This document shows, in pieces, positions 57,701-64,000 of a DNA stretch of 64,000 bases. Both the position numbers and the translations under genes were made by a program. Numbering within the stretch: position 1 is the stretch's first letter; every line of letters begins with the position of its first letter. The notes under the pieces were generated by a model, which saw only the letters and a list, made by a program, of their open reading frames with translations, ran no database searches and was not told the DNA's origin. Source of the DNA: Lachnospiraceae bacterium (GTDB lineage Bacteria; Bacillota; Clostridia; Lachnospirales; Lachnospiraceae); assembly GCA_022791635.1 (NCBI GenBank), contig JAAVZL010000037.1, forward strand, positions 16,242 through 80,241, given 5' to 3'.

Positions 57701-58164
57701 CCGAATACATCCAATACGACGCCGTATCAGACGTAGACTTTATCAGCGGCACGGCAGAGCGGGTGGCCGACATGCTCAAAAGCATGGATTTGATCATCTA
57801 CGTGCTGGTGATCGCCGCAGGGCTGTTGGCCTTCGTAGTCCTCTACAATCTCAACAATATCAATATCAACGAGCGCAGACGGGAGCTTGCCACCCTAAAG
57901 GTCCTCGGCTTTTTCGACCAAGAGGTCTCCGCTTATGTAAACCGAGAAAACATCCTCCTTACAATAATCGGAACCGGAGTTGGGGTAGGTCTGGGGCTCC
58001 TGCTCCACCAGTTTGTAATTCAAACAGCAGAAATCGACATGCTGATGTTCGGAAGAGCCATTGCGCCCGCCAGCTACCTTTACAGTGTACTTTTAACCTT
58101 CGCATTCTCCGCACTGGTAAACGGAGCAATGTTTTTTAAGCTGCAGAGTATTGATATGGTATAA
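54733..58164 (+). CDS. FtsX-like ABC permease with a long coiled-coil extracellular domain; stop appears 7 codons early
   Basis: FPVIFFLVAALV..TTMTRMVEEQRTQIGTLKALG, ERRRELATLKVLGF; the frame continues IDMV-TAA-SLKSVE-TAA to 58185. Confidence 0.9.
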   Translation: MVRRALKKEFYMEVRKTLNRFLSILLINALGVAFFAGVRASKPDMRLSADAFFDESRLMDLRVMGTLGMTKEDVRAIEAVEGVEAVMPVYSVDMFGQLLDRQLNLQVMSKPEEMNRIHVREGRLPEKKEECLVDYKLFTSGLCALGDEITLASGTEEETEDLVNQETFTVVGAGTTSYYMSLDRGTTGIGSGSLDGFLVVLPEVFEQDYYTQICVTARGAYELTCYTEEYDALVDELAERIEGIEKERCEIRYAQIQEEGQEKIAEAEQEVADGEQKLKDAGEELEDARGKLKDAEEKLEDGRRELADGEAEFADKEREFLDAKQEVADGWSELHKAQEKLVKATFEIQKGYESYERNKAELDAGYAQLAPAKEQLAQVEEGLAAAQGGLAQVEEGLSQIAAVRQRCEELSQREPESLTAEEAEELAVLLEQEASGQWNGAEAELKEQQAELTATKTQLSAVQAQLAPVVAENTAKLDAGAEALAEGKRQLDAGSDEVDAGNSEAYHAEQELLEAEEELADGEKKLADARAELADARKTLKDAEEELADAKEEFADGEAEYEKALAENEETLADAKVKIADAKEELADLKQPEWYVLDRQYIQTYVEYGNDADRIGAIGEVFPVIFFLVAALVSLTTMTRMVEEQRTQIGTLKALGYGKGAIASKYILYALLSSLLGSLFGLVAGQKLLPSVIISAYKILYNNLPDILTPLNPEYSLTAAAVAVSLTTLAALAACYKELNAVPANLMRPAAPKSGKRVFLENVSFLWKRLTFSQKAAIRNLVRYKKRFLMTVFGIGGCMALLLVGFGLKDSILHIGKGQFGNVFVYDGTIGIDKDAEEKERRELADKIESDARIPHHMRALEIAVDAEAGGAPRSAYLIVPENREELKTYIHLKDRETGEAYSLDDQGIILTEKLATLLGVTEGDTITLKEDDTKAIEAKVAHVTEQYFMHYIYMSKDLYESLYGETPDWNQWFMKNSRQDEDFEEELRTEYIQYDAVSDVDFISGTAERVADMLKSMDLIIYVLVIAAGLLAFVVLYNLNNININERRRELATLKVLGFFDQEVSAYVNRENILLTIIGTGVGVGLGLLLHQFVIQTAEIDMLMFGRAIAPASYLYSVLLTFAFSALVNGAMFFKLQSIDMV

Positions 58165-58191
58165 TCCCTAAAAAGCGTGGAATAAAAAGTA

Positions 58192-58285
58192 GGAGCTTCC
58201 GAAAAATAAGGCAGCAGACAGCATGTACGCGAACCGTCCGAACACGGATATGGAAAAGTCTGATGGCTTATTTTTCGGAAGCTCC
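58192..58285 (+). repeat. Palindromic element family 3, same orientation as 44515
   Basis: GGAGCTTCCGAAAAATAAG/CTTATTTTTCGGAAGCTCC arms; core CAGACAGCATGTACGCGAACCGTCCGAACACGGATATGGAAA. Confidence 0.85.
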
Positions 58286-58299
58286 GGAAGGAGCCACTA

Positions 58300-61200
58300 A
58301 TGGCATTACAGTTCATCCTAGGAAATTCCGGAGTCGGAAAATCCCACACCCTCTATCAAACGATTATCCGCAAATCCAAAGAAAACCCGGAGCAAAAAAT
58401 TCTGGTGCTAGTACCAGAACAGTTTACCATGCAGACCCAAAAGGATCTGGTAACCATGCACCCCGACGGAGGAATCCTGAACATAGACGTCCTGAGCTTT
58501 CAGCGCCTAGCCTATCGAGTGTTCGAGGAGACAGGAACCCAGGTGGGAAAAGTCCTGGAGGAGACCGGAAAGAACCTCGTACTCCGGAAAATCGCCCAAG
58601 AGCATAAAGAAGAGCTAAAAATCCTCGGAGGAAATCTGAAAAAGACCGGCTACATCAACGAGATCAAATCTCTCATCTCAGAGCTTACCCAATATGCAGT
58701 CACAGAGGAAGAGCTAGAGCAGTACACAGAAGGCTGTGAAGGAAGACCCCATCTCTACTGGAAACTTCGGGATCTGCAGATACTGTACCGAGCCTTCCAT
58801 GCCTATCTGGCCGATCAGTATATTACCGCAGAGGAGCTCCTGGAGGTTCTGTGCGAGATCGTAGAGCGATCCGAGACGCTTCGAAACAGCGAGATTGTCC
58901 TAGACGGCTTCACCGGCTTTACGCCCATTCAGAATAAGCTTCTTCGGCAGCTTCTGCAGTATGCAAAAAACATTACGGTAACAGTCACCATAGACAGCCA
59001 AGAGGACCCTTACCGGGTTCAGGGAGAGCATCAGCTCTTTTACATGAGCAAAAAAACCATCGCCACCCTGGCAGGCCTTGCCAAAGAAGCGGGAGCCGAG
59101 CTTCTTGAGCCCGTCATGGTAAAGCCCTCGGAAAAATCCCGGTTTGGCCGGGAGGGAGCCCTCTTTGCCCTGGAGCAAAACCTGTTTCGCCTGCGCCGCA
59201 GAGCCTTTCATGGGCAGCAGGCAGAGGTAAGCCTTCACCTTCTTCGAAATCCCGAGGAGGAGGTAGCCTGGACCGCCTTTCAGATCCGCCGCCTCATCGG
59301 AGAGCAGGGCTACCACTATCGGGACTTTGCGGTGATCACCGGCAATATGGAGGCCTACGGCCACTGCTTAGAACGGATTTTTCCCGATTACGGGATTCCC
59401 TGCTTCCTGGACTATAAGCGCAGCATCCTTGGAAATCCCTTTGTGGAATTTTTGCGGGCTCTGCTGGAGATGACGGAGCAGGATTTTGCCTACGAGACCG
59501 TGTTTCGGTTCTTAAGGAGCGGCCTGTCCGGCATGAAGCGGGAGGAGACGGATCTCTTAGAGAATTACGTGCTGGCTCTGGGCATCCGGGGACGGAAAAA
59601 ATGGGGAGACCGCTTTATCCGCACCTACGGAAGCCTCACCGAGGAGGAGCTTTCGAGCATAGACCGGCTGCGGGAACAGTTTGCAGAGACGGTTCTGCCC
59701 TTTGCAGAGGTCATGGGAAAGAAAGCCGTGGATGTGCGTACAAGGACCACGGCCCTCTACCGTCTGATTGAAAGCCTTAAGATCCAGGGAAGGCTTACGG
59801 CCTTTGAGGAGCGGTTTCAGAGAGAGGGAAATCAGGTATTGGCAAAGGAATACCACCAGATTTACCCCATTGTGATGGATCTTCTGGACAAGCTGGTGGA
59901 TCTTCTCGGAGATCAGAAGCTGACCGTAAGAGAATACCGGGAGGTCCTGGAGGCCGGCTTTGCGGAGGCCCGGGTGGGTGTGATTCCCCCCGGCGTGGAC
60001 CAGGTGGTGGCCGGAGATATGGAGCGCACCCGTCTAAAAGACGTGAAGGTGCTGTTCTTCCTGGGCGTAAATGAGGGCAGCGTGCCGAAAAATACCGGAC
60101 GCACAGGCCTTCTCTCCGATATGGAGCGGGAGCAGCTAAAGGCCCGGGGCATGGAGCTTGCGCCCACTGCCAGAGAGCAAAGCTATATCCAGAGATTTTA
60201 TTTGTATCTCAATCTGACAAAGCCTTCGAAAAAGCTCTGTGTGTGCTGCAGCCTTCTGGACGGCAGCGGCAAGGCTTTGCGTCCCTCCTACCTTATGAAC
60301 GTGCTGAAGGGGCTGTTTCCGGGGCTGGAGCTTCAAAAAGAGGAGGCCTGGGCCAAGGAGTCTGCTGCTACACCAAAAGAGGGCCTCCGTCTTCTGATTG
60401 AGGGCTTACGGGCCTACCGGGCAGGGGAGGAGAACGAAAAATTCTATGAGCTGTACCGCTGGTATGCAGGCCAAAAGCAGTATGAGGAGAAGCTCGGCCA
60501 GCTGTTGGAGGCGGCATTTTCCCGCCATGAGGACAGCCGGCTTGGCCGGGCCGTGGCTCACGCCCTGTACGGGACAGTGCTGGAGAACAGCGTTACCAGA
60601 CTGGAGCGGTATGCGGCCTGCGCCTACGCCCATTTTCTCATGTACGGGCTTAAGCTTTCCGAGAGAGAGCGGTATGAGTTTGCGCCGGTGGATATGGGAA
60701 ATATATTTCACAAGACGCTGGAGCTCTTTTCCAGGCGCCTGGAGGGCAGCCGCTACACCTGGACGGACATTCCCGAGGAGGTTCAGGGAGCCTGGGTGGA
60801 GGAATGCATAGACGCGGTGACGGCAGATTACGGGAACACCATCCTAAAGAGCTCGGCCCGGAACGCCTATGCCATAGAGCGGATGAAGCGGATGATGAAG
60901 CGCACGGTCTGGGCTCTGGGGCGGCAGATAGAAAAGGGACTGTTTGTGCCGGAAAATTATGAGATTTCCTTTTCCGGCGTATCGGATCTGGATGCGGTGA
61001 ATATCGCCCTTTCCCAGGAGGAGCAGCTTCGCCTCCAGGGACGGATTGACCGGATGGATCTCTGTAAAGAGGAAAAAAATGTCTATGTGAAGGTCATTGA
61101 CTATAAGTCGGGAAATACCTCCTTCCAGCTGTTGTCTCTGTATCACGGCTTACAGCTTCAGCTGGTGGTTTATCTGAATGCGGCCATGGAGCTTGCGGCC

Positions 61201-61719
61201 AGGGAGTATCCGGATAAGGAGGTTCATCCGGCGGGCATTTTTTACTATCAGATTCAGGATCCCATGCTGGAGCTCGGGGCAGAGGGAGAGGAAGGAGATC
61301 TCAACGCCCGAGTCATGGAAAAGCTAAAGCTCAGCGGGCTGGTAAATCAGGATCCGCAAGTTATCGCAAGGCTCGATCGGGATATGCCCGGAAAATCCTC
61401 CGTGCTTCCCCTCGCCTACAACAAGGACGGCAGCCTTCGCGCAGGCTCCAGCGTGGCCCGGGAGCAACAGCTTCGGGAGCTGTCGGCCTTTGTGAACCGG
61501 AAGATTCAAAGGCTCGGGTCCGAGATTCTGGAGGGGCGCATGGACGTGAATCCCTATGAGCTTAAGGGGAGGACAGCCTGTGATTTCTGCGCCTACCGGG
61601 GAGTCTGTGGTCTGGATTTCAAGGACGAGGGGTATGAGCTTCGGAGATTGAAGGCCTTCGAGGATGCGGAAATCTGGGAACGGATAGCAGAAGAGGCAGG
61701 AGACGGGAAACAGGAATAA
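58300..61719 (+). CDS. addB: Helicase-exonuclease AddAB subunit B
   Basis: GNSGVGKS, VPEQ, DGFTGFT, SVTRLE..AAC, GRIDR.D, IDYKSG, LQL..Y, C-terminal CDFC..C. Confidence 0.96.
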   Translation: MALQFILGNSGVGKSHTLYQTIIRKSKENPEQKILVLVPEQFTMQTQKDLVTMHPDGGILNIDVLSFQRLAYRVFEETGTQVGKVLEETGKNLVLRKIAQEHKEELKILGGNLKKTGYINEIKSLISELTQYAVTEEELEQYTEGCEGRPHLYWKLRDLQILYRAFHAYLADQYITAEELLEVLCEIVERSETLRNSEIVLDGFTGFTPIQNKLLRQLLQYAKNITVTVTIDSQEDPYRVQGEHQLFYMSKKTIATLAGLAKEAGAELLEPVMVKPSEKSRFGREGALFALEQNLFRLRRRAFHGQQAEVSLHLLRNPEEEVAWTAFQIRRLIGEQGYHYRDFAVITGNMEAYGHCLERIFPDYGIPCFLDYKRSILGNPFVEFLRALLEMTEQDFAYETVFRFLRSGLSGMKREETDLLENYVLALGIRGRKKWGDRFIRTYGSLTEEELSSIDRLREQFAETVLPFAEVMGKKAVDVRTRTTALYRLIESLKIQGRLTAFEERFQREGNQVLAKEYHQIYPIVMDLLDKLVDLLGDQKLTVREYREVLEAGFAEARVGVIPPGVDQVVAGDMERTRLKDVKVLFFLGVNEGSVPKNTGRTGLLSDMEREQLKARGMELAPTAREQSYIQRFYLYLNLTKPSKKLCVCCSLLDGSGKALRPSYLMNVLKGLFPGLELQKEEAWAKESAATPKEGLRLLIEGLRAYRAGEENEKFYELYRWYAGQKQYEEKLGQLLEAAFSRHEDSRLGRAVAHALYGTVLENSVTRLERYAACAYAHFLMYGLKLSERERYEFAPVDMGNIFHKTLELFSRRLEGSRYTWTDIPEEVQGAWVEECIDAVTADYGNTILKSSARNAYAIERMKRMMKRTVWALGRQIEKGLFVPENYEISFSGVSDLDAVNIALSQEEQLRLQGRIDRMDLCKEEKNVYVKVIDYKSGNTSFQLLSLYHGLQLQLVVYLNAAMELAAREYPDKEVHPAGIFYYQIQDPMLELGAEGEEGDLNARVMEKLKLSGLVNQDPQVIARLDRDMPGKSSVLPLAYNKDGSLRAGSSVAREQQLRELSAFVNRKIQRLGSEILEGRMDVNPYELKGRTACDFCAYRGVCGLDFKDEGYELRRLKAFEDAEIWERIAEEAGDGKQE

Positions 61720-61742
61720 AGGGGCCAGATGGAGAAGAAACA

Positions 61743-64000
61743 ATGGGTGTAAAGTGGACGAAAGAGCAGCAAAGAGTCATTGATGTGAGAAATAAGGATG
61801 TGCTGGTGTCGGCGGCGGCCGGCTCGGGAAAGACCGCCGTACTGGTGGAGCGAATTCTCTCCCTGGTCCTGGGAGAGGGTGAGGGAGATACGCCCATAGA
61901 TGTGGATCGGCTTCTGGTGGTAACCTTTACCAATGCCGCCGCCGCAGAGATGCGGGAGCGTGTGGGTCTGGCCCTTGCAGACCGCCTGGAGGCAGAGCCG
62001 GAAAACGTGCACCTTGAGAAGCAGCAGACCCTGATTCACAATGCTCAGATTACCACCATCCACAGCTTTTGCCAGTACGTGATTCGCAATTATTTTCATC
62101 AGCTGGATTTGGACCCCTCCTTCCGCATCGGGGACGAGGGAGAGTTAAAGCTTTTAAAAAAGGAGGTCCTGGAGGAGCTTTTGGAGGCTCGCTACGGGGA
62201 CAACAGCCCGAAGTTTCGGAGCTTTGTGGAGACCTATGCGGTGGGAAAAAGCGATGCCGTCATCGAGGATCTGATTCTCAAGCTCTATGAATATTCCATC
62301 AGCTATCCCTATCCTGGGGAGTGGCTTGAGAAGTGCATGGACACTTATCAGGCCGGGGAGCCGGAGGATTTGAATCGCAGCAGATGGATGGCGTTTCTGC
62401 TGGATTTCACAGGAAGGCTTCTTAAAGGCCTTCAGGAGGAGCTGAAAGGAGGCCTGGCGCTTTGCCGGGAGGCGGACGGCCCCTATATGTACCAGGAGGC
62501 CTTGCTTCGGGATCTTAAGCAGGTGGAGTCTCTCTTAAGCTGCCAGAGCTATGAGGAATATCAGAGGGCTCTTGAAAGCCTTGGCTTTGCTCGGCTTTCC
62601 GCAAAGCGGGACGCTCAAGTGGACGAGGGGAAGAAAGCTCGGATAAAGGAGCTTCGGGAGCGGATGAAAAAGAGTCTGAAGGATCTCAAGGAGACGTATT
62701 TTGCCTGCCCTCTTGAGACAGTTTTGGAGCTTATCCAAAGGGCGGCCTCTCCTACGGAGATCCTCCTCTCTCTTGTGAAGGAATTCGCGGATCGCTATGA
62801 GGAGAAAAAGCGCAGTAAAAATCTGGCGGATTTCTCCGATCTGGAGCATCTGGCTCTTAAGATTCTGGTGAAGGATGTGAAGGAGGAGGGAGAGCGCTTT
62901 GCAGTCACGGTCACGGAGGCGGCGAGAGAGCTCTCGGAGCGCTATGAGCAGATTATGATTGATGAATATCAGGACAGTAACCTGATTCAGGAGATTATCT
63001 TAAGCAGTGTCAGCCGTAGAGATGCAGGCAGTCCCAATGTATTTATGGTGGGGGATGTAAAGCAGAGCATCTACCGGTTCCGTCTGGCCCGGCCGGAGCT
63101 TTTTATGGAGAAATACCATACCTATCCCCAGACAGAGGAGGGGGAAGCCGTCCGGATTGATCTCCACAAGAATTTCCGAAGCCGGCGGGAGGTCCTTACA
63201 GGGGTCAATGAGATCTTTTCCCGCCTGATGACCCCCGGAGTGGGCGGGATTCGTTATGACGAGGCGGCGGCTCTCTACCTGGGCTCTTCGATGCCGGAGC
63301 CCCCGGAAGTCCTGAACGGGCCGGAGCTTCTGCTTCTTGAGGGGGATGCCCTGGAGCTTTCCGATGACGAGAAGGATTTGACCGCGAGGGAGTTGGAGGC
63401 CTATGAGGCGGCAAAGCGTATTCAAAGGCTTTTGGCTCATCAGCAGGTGTGGGATAAAAAGCTGGAGCGCTTTCGCCCGGCTGTCTATGGAGATATTGTA
63501 ATCCTCCTTCGGAGTCTGACCGGCTGGGGGGACGTGTACGCCCGGGTGCTGACGGAGGCGGGGATTCCGGCCCATACGGAATCACGGACCGGATACTTTA
63601 CCACCATTGAGATTGAGACGGTTTTGAATCTTTTGCGGGTGGTGGACAATCCCAGGCAGGATATCCCTTTGGGGGCCGTATTAAAGTCTATGATTGGCGG
63701 CTTTACGGACGCAGAGCTTGCCATGGTGAAAAGCCGGTATCCCGATCGGCCCTTTTATGAGGCGTGTATGAGCTTTGGCCAGGAGGAGTGGGGATGGGAA
63801 GAGAGCCTGGGGGGAGAAGAGGCCGGAAGGGCTCTAAAGGAGAAGCTGCAGACATTTTACAAGAAGCTTCACTGCTATCGCAGCCGGGCGGAGTATCTGC
63901 CTATCCACGAGTTTTTATGGTTTGTACTGGAGGATACGGGCTATGGCGATTACCTGGCCGCCCAGCCGGGAGGAGAGCAGCGCAAGGCCAATGTACGGAT
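61743..64000 (+). CDS. addA: Helicase-exonuclease AddAB subunit A, 3'-partial (absent from the ORF track because no stop lies in the window)
   Basis: Translated by hand: MGVKWTKEQQ...VSAAAGSGKT, VTFTNAAAAEMRER, TTIHSFC, IDEYQDSN, VGDVKQSIYRFRLARP, NFRS. Confidence 0.95.
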   Translation, partial: MGVKWTKEQQRVIDVRNKDVLVSAAAGSGKTAVLVERILSLVLGEGEGDTPIDVDRLLVVTFTNAAAAEMRERVGLALADRLEAEPENVHLEKQQTLIHNAQITTIHSFCQYVIRNYFHQLDLDPSFRIGDEGELKLLKKEVLEELLEARYGDNSPKFRSFVETYAVGKSDAVIEDLILKLYEYSISYPYPGEWLEKCMDTYQAGEPEDLNRSRWMAFLLDFTGRLLKGLQEELKGGLALCREADGPYMYQEALLRDLKQVESLLSCQSYEEYQRALESLGFARLSAKRDAQVDEGKKARIKELRERMKKSLKDLKETYFACPLETVLELIQRAASPTEILLSLVKEFADRYEEKKRSKNLADFSDLEHLALKILVKDVKEEGERFAVTVTEAARELSERYEQIMIDEYQDSNLIQEIILSSVSRRDAGSPNVFMVGDVKQSIYRFRLARPELFMEKYHTYPQTEEGEAVRIDLHKNFRSRREVLTGVNEIFSRLMTPGVGGIRYDEAAALYLGSSMPEPPEVLNGPELLLLEGDALELSDDEKDLTARELEAYEAAKRIQRLLAHQQVWDKKLERFRPAVYGDIVILLRSLTGWGDVYARVLTEAGIPAHTESRTGYFTTIEIETVLNLLRVVDNPRQDIPLGAVLKSMIGGFTDAELAMVKSRYPDRPFYEACMSFGQEEWGWEESLGGEEAGRALKEKLQTFYKKLHCYRSRAEYLPIHEFLWFVLEDTGYGDYLAAQPGGEQRKANVR

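Overview
Chromosomal window from a ~50% GC Firmicute; gene content and style suggest Lachnospiraceae/Clostridia (inference). Almost all genes lie on the + strand. Contents in order: (1) ~20 kb surface-glycan synthesis/decoration locus (Fkp-like fucose salvage enzyme, GT4/GT2, DUF2304, RmlD, GtrB-like and GT-C enzymes, MBOAT+SGNH pair, two acyltransferase-3 proteins, class V aminotransferase + cytidylyltransferase + TagF-like transferase), interrupted by a hypothetical/Sel1 gene pair; (2) RelE/Phd toxin-antitoxin pair, rho, ytaF-like gene, P-type ATPase; (3) ROK-regulated polyol/sugar ABC catabolic operon; (4) uvrC-hprK-glucokinase; (5) two tandem GT-C paralogs, an AmtB-PII fusion, Na/Pi symporter with a PhoR/PhoP-like pair, glycolipid synthesis genes, a GerMN lipoprotein, an ABC exporter, addB and partial addA. 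No rRNA, tRNA, CRISPR array, transposase or integrase was seen. The most unusual signals are non-coding: a candidate ~560-nt structured purine-rich ncRNA with a perfect sigma-A promoter (53.3-53.9 kb); four families of dispersed palindromic elements; and kilobase-scale strand-specific composition halos (G/T-rich or C/A-rich) centred on some of those palindromes, whose polarity appears to follow element orientation. All protein calls come from motif recognition by eye; no database searches were run.
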